From Azolla caroliniana (lineage: Eukaryota; Plantae; Polypodiophyta), in the NCBI GenBank assembly GCA_043228905.1, contig JBHGNT010000006.1, forward strand, positions 21,638,001-21,702,000: a stretch of 64,000 nucleotides of DNA, read 5' to 3'. The notes under the pieces are model-generated. The model was not told where the DNA came from and made no database searches. It worked only from the letters and a program-made list of their open reading frames with translations. Below, in pieces: positions 32,222 to 43,991 of the stretch. Both the position numbers and the translations under genes were made by a program. The number at the start of each line of letters is the position of its first letter. The first letter of the stretch is position 1.

Positions 32222-33550
32222 TCATCCGGCTCCGGGTACGTTCAGCTCTTCCGGACACAACCAGGCATTCATAAGGTACAGTGTGTTGACTTTCCGGGCC
32301 CGAGCCACTATCAGGCTTCCCTTGCTGAACTTCATTACGCCGTTCCGGATGCTACCTGTGTAGCCTTCATCGTCTAGCCTCCCGGCCGAAATCAGGTTTA
32401 ATCGAACCTCCGGAACGTGTCGGACATCCTTCAGCAGCATTTTGCATCCGGTCGGGGTTGTCAACCATACGTCTCCTATGCCGGCAATCCGGCACGTACC
32501 TTCATTTCCCATCCGAACACAGCCATGTTCACCGGCTGTGTAGGATGAGAAGTATCTCCTTTCCGGGGTCAGGTGGAACGACGCTCCGGAATCGACCACC
32601 CAGGTAGTCTCATCGCCGGCAATGTTTAGTTCACCTTCTTCGGTGATGAGCATGATCTCCTCTTCACTTGCCGCGAGTGCCGTCGTTCCTTTCCGGTCCT
32701 GCCCTCGCCGATCCGGACCTCTCCGGTCCGTGGCTCCCCGGTATGCACCGTTTCGTTCCGGTGACTTCTTCGAATCGGTGTCGTCGGCTCCGTTGTCTTT
32801 TCGGTAATGCCGACAATTCTTCCGGAAGTGCCCCGGCTTCCCACAGTGGAAGCATGTGGGTCTTCCTCTTGACTGCGACCGGGTCCCCGACTTCTCCCGT
32901 CTTTGCGGACTCCGGTTCCATTGTCTTCCCCGATCCGATTCGGTAAGCAGCGCCTTCGGGTCGGAGGCCGGTTCTTTATCTCTCCGGCGCGCTTCTTCGT
33001 TCAAAATACTTGTCTTTACCGTTTGTAGAGACAAGTTATCTTCGGTGCAGGAGGTGCTGAGAGTCACCACCAAGTTCTCCCAGCTTTCCGGCAATGTACA
33101 CATCAGAATGATGGCTTGCATTGCATCCTCCAGCGGGAACTTGATCGCCGCAAGCTGGTTCACGAATCCCATGAACGTGCTTACGTGTTCCACCATACTC
33201 TCGCCGTCCCGGTACTTGAGGTTCACTATCTTCCTCATCAGGGAGGTCCGGTTCAACGCATTCTTCCTCTCGTAGAGGCCCGACAGCTTCCGCCACATCT
33301 CGTATGCGTTGGTGTCGTTCGCCACATGTTGTAGAACGCTCACGTCGACGTATTGCCGGATGGTTGCAACGGCTTTCCGGTTCAGAAGCCTCCATTCCGT
33401 CTCAAGTACCCCCTTCGGTATTTCCGACCTGTCAATCGGTTCGTACAGGTCCCGAACAATCAGAAGATCCTCCATTTTGATCTTCCAGTCGGCGTAGTTC
33501 TGCGCATTCAGCACCATCATCCCCGGCTGCCCGCTGCTGCCGCCTTCCAT
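32222..33550 (-). CDS. Gag+protease-only ORF, 442 aa (array copy directly behind the full 5' LTR)
   Basis: Translation identical to 26666-27994. Confidence 0.8.
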   Translation of the reverse strand: MEGGSSGQPGMMVLNAQNYADWKIKMEDLLIVRDLYEPIDRSEIPKGVLETEWRLLNRKAVATIRQYVDVSVLQHVANDTNAYEMWRKLSGLYERKNALNRTSLMRKIVNLKYRDGESMVEHVSTFMGFVNQLAAIKFPLEDAMQAIILMCTLPESWENLVVTLSTSCTEDNLSLQTVKTSILNEEARRRDKEPASDPKALLTESDRGRQWNRSPQRREKSGTRSQSRGRPTCFHCGKPGHFRKNCRHYRKDNGADDTDSKKSPERNGAYRGATDRRGPDRRGQDRKGTTALAASEEEIMLITEEGELNIAGDETTWVVDSGASFHLTPERRYFSSYTAGEHGCVRMGNEGTCRIAGIGDVWLTTPTGCKMLLKDVRHVPEVRLNLISAGRLDDEGYTGSIRNGVMKFSKGSLIVARARKVNTLYLMNAWLCPEELNVPGAG

Positions 33551-36500
33551 TTTCTGCACTGCCGTCGCTCTGATACCAATTTGTTGGGAATCGACGTTTC
33601 GATTCTCCTTCGTCTCTTCGGCCACAACCGAGTAAGCGCGAATCAATGCAGCAGAAAAATAGGAAACCACAGAGAAAGACACGATACACAGGGATTAACG
33701 TGGAAAACCCTAAACGGGAAAAACCACGGGAGTACAAGACTCCAAACCACTATACACAGAGAAGTATACAATGGCGAGCTACAAGGCGACGACCTTGAGC
33801 TCACTGTCTTCGCCACAGGCGGCGGTAATACACAGAGGCGTCGACCTCTTCCTTTCTCTCTCTCTCTCTCTCTCGGCTGCTCTCACTTCGCTCCCTCTAA
33901 GTGGAAAAACAGAAAATGAGCAACAACTTACAGCAGCAATAAACAGTTTGCCCTAAGTCATATTTATACACATATGACTTTCGGGCTATTTACAAATATA
34001 GCCTCAAGGGCCCTTGGCAAACATATTCACAAATATGTCCCCGCATCCGGATCTCTCTCTCCGGGTACATTCGTCATCCGGCTCCGTAACCGGGATCTTC
34101 ATCATCCGGCTCCGTAACCGGGGTCTTCATCATCCGGCTCCGTAGCCGGGTACTCTTCATCCTCCGGTTCCGTAACCGCAACCGGGCTTGCCGTCATCCA
34201 TCTCCGGACATCCCATCCGGAGGGACCGTAAATCCCAACAGATGAACGTATTACACGTTTCGAGAATCACGAAAAACCTGGTGTCGGTCAGACAGATCGT
34301 CGACCAAGGGATGCAGGTGCGGTTTACGCACCTTGGGTGCTTCATCGAGGAAGAGGGCTAGATTATTGCGCAAGGGCGCAGAGACAGGAGGATGTTTATC
34401 CTCTACACCAATGACGTCGGCACCACTCTGTTTGCAAAAGGACAGAAGGTCGAATCGGACATCGACCTATGGCACAAGCGGATAGGCCACGTCAATTACC
34501 GGAGGCTTCAAGACTTGCAAACCAAACAAGTTGTTTTCGGTTTGCCGAAGTTCAGCGGCCGGAAGGCCCAAGTATGTGACGCCTACCAACTCGGGAAGCA
34601 ACACCGGCTTCCATCCCCTACCGAACGTAACCGGAGCCGTAACAAGCTCGACCTTATCCATTCGGATGTGTGGGGACCGGCACAGAATGTTAGTCTTCGC
34701 AGGAATCGATACATCGTCTCCTTCATCGACGACTACCTCATTGAGCGGAAGAGTGAAGTCTTCGAGTGTTTCCGGAGTCTCCAAAGCATGGTGGAATGGG
34801 AATCGGAGAGGAAGATCAAATGCTTGCGGTCGGATGGCGGGAAAGAATATTTTTCTGGCCAATTCAACAGTTATCTGCAACAAAAGGGAATTCGGTGAGA
34901 GTTCAGCTGCAGATACACACTGCAATAGAACGGTGTTGCCGAGAGGAAGAACCGGTCGATTATTGATGCGGCAAGGGCAATGCTGAAGGAGAAGAGCATG
35001 CCCAAATTCTACTAGGCGGAGGCAGTACGAACGGCTGTCTACATCTAGAATCGGATCGGTGACAAGGTGTCAGCTCACGAACTGTATTTCAGGCGCAAGC
35101 CGAATTTGAGAGACCTTAAGATCTTCGGCAACATTGCATATGTGCATGTACCGGATGAGAAGCGGAGGAAGTTGGATGCAAAATCGGAAAAATGCATCCT
35201 AATCGGCTATGCTCAAGAGCAAAAGGGGGTTATAAGTGTTATAACCCCCGGACAAAGCATGTCCGAGTTAGTCGAGATGTCGAGTTCGATGAATCGGCAT
35301 CGTGGTACTCCTTACCGACTCCGATTTGCGAATCCGACCCGATGCCGGTGGATGAGGCTAGTGAGCCTGAACCGGCCCAGGTAGATGATGATGTAGCGTG
35401 GACTCAGGATGAGAGTCCGGAATCGTTTCGGTTGAGCGGGCCGAATGAGAGACTGAGTCAATCAGACAAGTCCGATGAGGAACCCGCGAGTAGTGGAGAC
35501 TATGCCGTGCTCTCCCCGCGCAAGGAACCGAGGAGACGGTTCACGCGCAAAGAGAAAGGGAAGAAAAAGATGCCGGAATTTGAAACCGGCAACGATGAGT
35601 CGGATTGGTGTGCATCCGACTCCGGCAAGGAGAAAGGCGGCATCTTCCGCAACGAAAACCGAACCGGCCAAGAAAGGCCTTAAACCGGGTAACGGTGAGT
35701 TACGCTGGTCCACCCGCCAGAAGGTTCCCATCATGCGGTATGGGTACAATGAGTACATGGCGCATCACTATGCATACATGACTAAAGTGGCGGAAGTATG
35801 TGAGCCGGAGAGCTACACAGAAGCGGCAAAGGACGCAAATTGGCGTGCCGCTATGGAGGAAGAAATGCGGACACTTGATGTCAACGAGACATAGGACCTA
35901 GTTGACCCTCCCCGTCACTGTAAACCGATCGGATGCAAGTGGGTGTACAAGGTAAAGTACAACGCTGACGGTTCAGTTAACCGATACAAGGCCCGGTTAG
36001 TGGCGAAGGGATACGCGCAAACCCACAGAATCGACTACGACGAAACCTTCGCTCCTGTAGCTAAGATGACGACGGTTCATGTGGTGCTGGCGGTTGCTGC
36101 AACAAGAGGGTGGCATCTTCACCAGATGGATGTGAAGAATGCGTTTCTTCAGGGTGATCTTGAAGAAGAAGTCTTTATGACTCCGCCCCCCGGTTTTCAA
36201 TCGGAGATGAAAAAGTCGGCGGTATGTTGGCTGAAGAAGTCGTTGTACAGCCTGAAGCAAGCCCCTCGAGCTTGGAATGCAAAGATCACGTACCAGTTGC
36301 GTAAGATGGGGTTTGCGGTCTCCAAGTCCGACTCTTCGTTGTTCATCCGGCAAGGCTCAGCCGGTCCGGTATGTATCCTGTTGTATGTTGATGATCTAGT
36401 CATCACCGGACCGGGTCTTCCAGAAGTCAACCGCGTCAAGTCCTAGTTGTTGGACGCATTTGAGATGAAGGACCTGGGGGACCTTCATTATTTTCTTGGG

Positions 36501-38400
36501 ATCAAGGTGATCCGAACCCCTGATGGCATATTGCTCTCACAACGACATTACGTCTTGAATATGCTGTACAAGTTTGACATGACAGAATGCCGACCTAGCT
36601 CCACACCCTTGGACCGGAACCAGAAGCTTCGTCCCAACTCCCAGACCGGCCTGCAATGAGAAACGGTTCCGACAAATTGTCGGAAGTCTTGTATTTGACC
36701 ATCACCCGACCCGACATCAGCTATCCGGTCGGAGTGATAAGCCAGTTCATACAAAAGCCGACCGTGGAGCACCTTCAGTGCGCGCAGCGGATTCTGCAAT
36801 ATGTAAGCAGCACGAAGGACCGGGGCTTGTTATACCGGCGCGGTATACCCGAAGAGCTGGTCGGTTACACAGATGCCGACTAGGCCGACGATGCATCAAA
36901 TCGCCGATCAACCTCCGGTTACATGTTTTCCCTAGGTAGCGCGGTTGTTGCGTGGAGCAGTAAAAAGCAGCCAACAGTTGCTCTGTCGAGCACTGAAGCT
37001 GAGTATCGGGGCGCTACCATTGCAACCTATGAAGCCATTTGGATTCGGCGATTGCTGCAAGACCTACGGATTGAGGTACCGACCCCGATTCTGGTCTACT
37101 GCGACAACATAAGCAGCATGCAACTCGCCAAGAACCCCGTATTCCATGCTCGCACAAAGCACATAGAAGTGCACTATGACTTTGTGCGTGAGCGTGTCCT
37201 GAGCGGTGAGGTCGAACTTCGGTATGTTGACACGGATCGGCAAGTTGCCGACATCTTCACCAAACCGCTTGGATTGGACAAGTTGCAGCACTTCACCGAA
37301 ATGCTTGGTGTTCAGCATCTCGACGTGCCACACTTGAGGGGGAGAACGGGCAAAGACACGGGCAAAGACACCGGAACGGGCAAAGGCAAAGAGACTGCTG
37401 ATTGCGCCGGTGAGGGAAGAACCGACAAAGGGAGAGTCAAGAAGAAGAAAGGAGTTGAGTCGACAAGCAAAGTCGACACGTTCGAACAAGTCGGAACAAG
37501 CGGCAGTGACGACAGAGTCAAGAAGGACAGAGCCGTCCGAAGGAAGAAGGCCAAGACCCGGACATGGTCCAATGTGATGAAGGGCCTGGAACCAGAAGAC
37601 GAATCGGGAGCAATCGATTCGGACAAGAGCTGGAACGAATCGGAGACAGTCGATTTGGTTCAAGAGACAGATTCGGAAGAACCGGATCAATTCAAGGCCA
37701 AGAGGATGAGAAGGCAGCGAAAGTCGATGCCAACACGAAGGAATCGGCAAACCGGAACGCGCCGAAGTCACAGCAGCAAGGGAGCTGAATTGGGCATGTT
37801 GAACAGACAAGCCGACCGAGGAGGTCGAGGCGCGCAGAACAAGAGGGGTCGCCGCAAATAGAACCAGACCGGACGAGGAGCGCGCAAGCAAGGCGGAACG
37901 ATGCCAGGAGAAGTTGGTTGGAAGAACCGACTGCCACAGAGGCTGACACTAGGATCCAACCTCAAGTTGAGCTTGAGGGGGAGTGTTGAGCGGCAAGCTC
38001 AACTGGAGCCGGATAGGCTGGATAAGCCTGAGCTGGTGGGCGAGATGGATCGGTAAGCTGGTGAGCAACCGAGCCGGCAAGCAACAGAGCCAGTGAGCTG
38101 GGGAGCCGGTTAGTCGGATCCAATCGGTAACCGGAAGCCTAGTATTAGTTTAGACTTCTAGGCAGTTATAGTCTTGTAGTAAGTGTCAAATACTCGTGTG
38201 AGCATTGAAGTACGCGATACTTCTGTCAGTCCCATGAGGACTTGTATAAATAGTGCTACTAAGCACAGTTGTAGAAATATATAGTGTTTTTATCATTTTT
38301 GAATATAGCTTTTACGTTCTGCTCTCTCTGTCTCTCCCGTGTACTCTGTGTATTCTCTACTTTCTCTGTTTTCTAACGCTTCCGCAAGTAATCGTTTACA

Positions 38401-38915
38401 CTTTCAAAGTATGAACTATGTCTAACCAAATCCTTGATACCACTTTAGCTAGTGGTGTTTTAATTTGTTGGAAAATGAGAGAACACCTTGCCTTCCAAAT
38501 GTGATATACTACAGTACTACTCAATATCTCCCATACTGGTTGGACTTCCTTCATTACTCCTGAAAACTGTAATGACAGCAGCGGTAATTTATGAACACTT
38601 CCATATTTAATGGAAAAACCATGGTCCATAGATTCATTGTCATAATGGAACACATTTTGTCATATTTTTTAAACGAGACTGTCAGGGTTTTGTGGAGGGA
38701 AAACTAAATCTTCATCGCCACCTACTTGCTGCATTGGTTGGTATTGTTTTTGTTTCTACTTTTTCTACAAATGTTTTATACTGGAAATCATAGTATGAAC
38801 CATATGTACCATACATGCATAAATTTGCATTTGAGAATGATTCAATCATTCGAGTATGGTAAACACCCTCAGAGTATGATAAATACCATACTTTTGGATT
38901 CATTATTTACTATAA
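38401..38915 (-). mobile_element. LINE ORF2 C-terminal relic, proximal half
   Basis: WEILSSTVVYHIWKARCSLIFQQ matches the W-x-x-R-(N/C)-x-x-x-F motif of L1-type ORF2 C-termini. Contiguous with 14650 once A1 is removed. Confidence 0.6.
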
Positions 38916-39099
38916 GGTAAAAAATTTCCAAGGTAAAAAAGTTAACAAAATTCCTAATCTTCATTCAAGTTGATATCATCTTCAAAATCATCTTCATCTT
39001 GTGCATTATCATAAAGATATAAGTCATCACACTGGTGAAGCTCTCATTTTCATCAACTTCTTGAACTTCTTGTTCACTTTGTAACACCAATTTCTTGAA

Positions 39100-39615
39100 C
39101 TTTCTGTAATACATACTACATAAGTCCCTAAATTAATGTAATTTCTGTAATATCAAAATCTACTTATGTGTGTATAATTTCTGTAATACATACTACATAG
39201 TACATATACTACATAAGTCCCTAAATTAATGTAATTTCTGTAATATCAAAATCTACTTATGTTTGTATAATTTCTGTAATACATATTACATAGTACGTAT
39301 ACTACGTAAGTCCCTAAATTAATGTAATTTCTGTAATACCAAAATCTATTTATGTGTGTATAATTTCCCTAAATTAATGTAATTTCTATAATATCAAATC
39401 TATTTATGTGTGTATAATTTCTGTAATATATACTACATAGTACATATACTACACAAGTCCCTAAATTAATGTAATTTCTATAATATCAAAATCTATTTAT
39501 GTGTGTATAATTTTTGTAATATATACTACATAGTACATATACTACACAAGTCCCTAAATTAATGTAATTTCTATAATATCAAAATCTATTTATGTGTGTA
39601 ATATATATAATTTCT
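39100..39615. repeat. 93-bp AT-rich tandem repeat, about 5.5 copies
   Basis: AAGTCCCTAAATTAATGTAATTTCT at about 39122, 39215, 39308, 39455 and 39548, plus a truncated copy near 39366. Confidence 0.9.
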
Positions 39616-40071
39616 CTATACTACAACTTTAAACCCTAAATTATTAACCGTAAACATACACGGATGGGAGAGGAGGGGAGCGTAATGTTGCACTTGTGTT
39701 GATGTGTAGAAATTGATGGCATAGTGTTGTGTTGATGGGAGAGGAGGGGAGTGTAGTGCTAATGTGTAGGCAGCAGATCGTTCACGGTTGGATGGGAAGA
39801 GTAGCTTGGCATTATGTGATGGCGGGAGATGTAGAACGTTCATAGCTTAGCTCCTCTGTGAGCAAGAAAAATGGTAAGTAAAAAAAAATGCACAAATGTT
39901 TGGATAATATACACATTCTTTTGCCATCGTATGAAAACAAAAGTTTGGGCAGATGAACGCGTATATTACGTACTATGTTGGAAAACAAAAGTTTGGACAA
40001 ATGAACGCGTATATTACGTACTATGTTGGAAATCATATTTTTCATGAAAATGGTTTCGAAATTGGACAACA

Positions 40072-40600
40072 CTTATTGTTGGATATGCTCAACTTGGTGA
40101 GACTGAAAGCGCTTTGGATTTATTCAATGACATGGTATTAGAGGGCATTGTCCCTAATGTGGTTACTTGTTTTGTGAGTTCATGCAGTCATGCAAGTCAC
40201 GTGGAGGAGGGACAAATGTTTTTTGATGATATGGACAATGTTTAGTGTCTCAAACCTACTTTAGAACACTATGCTTGCATGGTAGATCTTTTTGGTTCCA
40301 TACACGTATGGCATTTCGAGAAAGCAATGGTGGCTATTGAGAAGGTGCCACCATATGACAATCTTCAATTATGGTCGGATGTTTTAGGTGCTTGCCAAAA
40401 ATGGTTAAAAATAGAGCTTGGGAGGTGTGCCTTTGATTAGTTAGTAAAGCTGGATGAAAAGTGTGTAACTGCATATATCTACATGGGAAACATATATGCA
40501 GCTGCTAGAATGCAACAGGAAGCTTCTGAGCTTGACACCCAAAGACTAAAAAATGGAGCATGGAGTGTCCCAGGATGTTATTGGTGGATTGATGCCAGGG
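40072..40600 (+). pseudogene. PLS-class PPR pseudogene fragment (last PPR motifs and E domain)
   Basis: LIVGYAQLGETESALDLFNDM..EGIVPNVVT...SCSHA..VEEG...KPTLEHYACMVDLFG...WSDVLGACQKW...AYIYMGNIYAAA...PGCYWWID, with in-frame stops. Confidence 0.85.
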
Positions 40601-41359
40601 ACTAATGTGATTGGATAGAAGAAATGATAGGTGCATCTAGGTTTCACTCATGTAATCGAGCCTTAGAACTTGATTCAAAACACATGAGTTCCCCTATTGA
40701 TGTTTTACTCATAGATTTGAGTACACTACATCTTTGCGCACAACACCACCACCACTATATCATTTTGTGGCTTATGTCGCAATTGTGCAAATTACAATCA
40801 CCATATTGGGATGGATAATATGTGCATACCTCACACCATCCATTTATTTGTGGGATTTATTTTAGTAGGCAACACATGGTTTTTTTTAAATCTTGTTTTC
40901 GTCACTTCTAAACTCTTATAGGTAGTGACTTATTTAAATATCTTTTTTTTCATAACATTTGCTTGTTACTCGCAAGACTAGAATACAGCTTGTGAGTGCA
41001 CTTGTTTTACACATAATGCACTTTCTCAACCATATCAGTACATGCTCAGTTGGCATTTTAATTATAAGGCTACCTAGGAAATTACGTTGATGCTAGAACC
41101 GTGGTTGAGCCTCGGGGAACCACCATGATTATTCAAGATACTGATACGAGAAAGACATCTTAGCTATGTTTTCCCCCATGGTTTTTAAAAAACCATAGTG
41201 CTACCATAGTTATCGGATCTAGAATCACATCTCATATGTCTAGAGGGGTAAAGACATGAGATGTTTTCTTGGACAACGTTCTTCCGATCCAACTTTCAAG
41301 CATTCATTTTGCTTGCATATTTCCTAAACCTCCTTATTTATATTGCGTACACACAGCTT

Positions 41360-43285
41360 GCATCATGGAACAAGTTTTGAACATTGTTGGAGCGATATCT
41401 CCGACCGAGACCTCTCAACTCCAATATGTATCTTGCACACAAGCTGAGATCACTATTGAGCATTTTCTCACTAATATCTTGAATCAATTGGCCGAAATGA
41501 GGAAAACCAATATGGCTTTGGAAAAGAAATTCCAAGAATTAACTATTGAGTCCAAGAAAGAAGGTGAACCTTATTTCATGGTCACGCTATTGAAGGGAGA
41601 TAAGAAAGAAAGAACCGAGGAGGCCATTAGCACTTGGCTTGGTCGTTGGGAGTCTCACTTTGAGCTCCATCCCAAGCCAAATGCTGCAAAATTTGGTTAT
41701 GTCGGTCGTGAGTTAGGTGGTTGAGCTACTGCTTGGCGGCGTGGCGTAAGGAATGCAAAGAACTTACCCACAACTTGGGAAGGTTTCATCGATGTTTTCA
41801 AGAAATAGTTATTGCAGCCACCTTCTCCAACCGAACATGCTCAACACTTGATCACATTGTCGAGTAAGCCATTTACCTCTCTCGAGGATTATGTGCATCA
41901 TGCTCAGACCCACATCCAAAAATCAGGACTTATGGGTGAGAATTGATTTGTCACTTGTTTTTTGAATGGTATTCCCAATGGGGATTACCATTGGATTGTC
42001 CATGACAAGGACCCCACAACTTTTGAGGAAGCAATCAACATTGTACTTCAGTACCATAGGATTTCCAAGAAAGACCACAATAAACTTGAGTTCGCCAAAA
42101 CTCAGAATGTCAAGTTCATTGGGAAACATAAACAATCCAATGACACTCGTGACTGCAACTCAAAGAAACCAAACCTGTTCTGTGCGTATTGCAAGAAGGG
42201 GGGTCACAGAGGAAGTCAACAAACACCCCTCCTCAAGACCAATCTAGAGTCACACAAGTGAGTCCTTTGATGTTATTGAAGTTCATACCAACCACTTAAG
42301 CTCATGTGAATGCACTTTTCCTTCACGTTTACTTGGACCTAATGATTTACTTCGAGCACTCAGGTATATCAATGGAACACAAGATCATTTCTTGTTTGAT
42401 TCTAGTAGTTCTCACAATTTTCTTAATGATCACTTGGTGCAGTAAATGCAACTCCACATAAACGCAAGTGATCCTATCTATCAAGTTCACATGGCAAATG
42501 GAGGTGTCCAATACATTAGTGGCATTGTTTTTTAACTGCCAATTCAAATAGATACCTATATGGAGAAGCTTGACTTTCATGTTATGAAACTACAATCCGT
42601 AGATGTCATTTTAGGACACCCTTCGTTTTTTAATAAAAACCCCTCTTGTCCATTGATTGGGTTAATCACTCAATCACATTTGAACTTAATAATTGTAAAC
42701 ATTTTATTCAATGTTCCAAACTTCCTTCTCGTTCACTTGTGTCTTACAAATCTTTAAGTGAGTATTCTAGTTCATTAATTTATTTGTGCATAATTGATCC
42801 CGCGCTTCAATTTTATTATTTTAATTTTGACACCATGCAATTACCACATTATGAATGACAATTATTCGACTCTATTTTAGATGATTTTTAAGATGTGTTT
42901 CCTAATTATGTGCCGCTTAATTTACCACCACAACATAATGTGGACCATCAGATTGAACTCATTCCTAGTGCTACTCCTATGAGCATTCCACCTTATCGAT
43001 GTTGTGGATTAGAAGAGGATGAGATCACTAAACAACTTAAGGAATACTTGAGTATGGGCCACATTGGGTATAGTTAGTCACCTTGGGGTGCACCGATTCT
43101 TTTAGTTAAGAATAAGGAAGATTCATGGCAAATGTGTATTAACTATTGCCATTTGAATACCATGATAGTTAAAAATGTATATCTGTTACCTCGTGCCGAT
43201 GATTTGATTGATCGTTTGCATGGGGCCCAATATTTTACGAAAATTGACTTACAAACAGGTTATCATCAGATTCGCATTCTTTCAA
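41360..43285 (+). mobile_element. Degenerate Ty3/Gypsy gag-PR-RT fragment
   Basis: CAYCKKGGH knuckle, VDVILG protease end, VDHQIELIP...PYR, SPWGAPILLV, FTKIDLQTGYHQIRI. Many stops, truncated. Confidence 0.8.
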
Positions 43286-43991
43286 TCTAACTTGAATTTT
43301 GGGCAGTCTCCGTTTAGGTGGTGTTGTCTTAACGGATGGGTGATGGGATGCGTATGTATTGGTTGACACACCACCATTTTCAGTGGATATCCCAACCTTT
43401 TTACATTGCGATACATCAAATGGACACAGGTTAAGACCTAAACAAATAAAATTATGTCACGTACTAAAAAAGCATGAAAGGTTCATACTTACGTAAGAAT
43501 CCAATCTAGATGCAATCTTCTTCTTTAGCATCTCCATCCGTTCTTCCTTTTTCGAGTCGTAGATGGCCATCTCCTACTCAATAAATTTGGCTACGAAATC
43601 TACCTCGGTATCCAATTGGAGTTCAAGGGGAGTGGAGTTGAACTTTGAAACAACTTTAACCGTCGACATATAGACATGTGAATGCTTATTTCTATGGTAC
43701 TTTATGTTAGGATCGGAACCGGCCACAACCGGTTACTCGTTGATATGTTCGAGTGCTAAGAATCGACAATGACTGTGCATTGACAAAAAGAATAGAAAAA
43801 AACGAGAAACCAAAAAAAGAGACACAGATATTTAACGTGGAAAACCCAAAAGGGAAAAAACCACGGGATTCCTCAAACTCCAAAGAAATAGATCACTATG
43901 TAGAGATAGATAGAGAGATAGATTATATTATCGTCTTCGGAGGTCAAATATGACCCATGAGACCAAAAATATTACATTTCACGTGATACGT

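Larger units (their letters stand above)
24830..34086. repeat. Near-perfect tandem array, period 1852 bp, 5 units (1 within the full-length element plus 4 extra)
   Basis: The ORF track repeats at +1852 offsets. LTR ends at 26174, 28026, 29878, 31730 and 33582. Confidence 0.97.
21403..34240 (-). mobile_element. Young Tork/Tnt1-like Copia element B with an internal tandem array of LTR-PBS-gag-PR units
   Basis: 5' LTR 34240-33582 (659 bp). 3' LTR 22058-21403 (last 3 nt lost), one visible difference between them. tRNA-iMet-type PBS, PPT at 22059-22070, intact gag-pol, and four internal U3-truncated LTRs. Confidence 0.95.
14651..38400 (+). mobile_element. Ty1/Copia element A1 (degenerate), carrying three nested insertions
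   Basis: LTRs at 14651-16096 (417 bp after removing the MITE and one TSD copy) and 37984-38400 (417 bp). PBS TGGTATCAGAGC at 16097, PPT before 37984, TSD CTTTT/CTTTC. gag at 16190-16538 and 20778-21402 (CWYCGKKGH knuckle). IN/RT/RH at 34241-37330 with stops and frameshifts. Confidence 0.93.
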
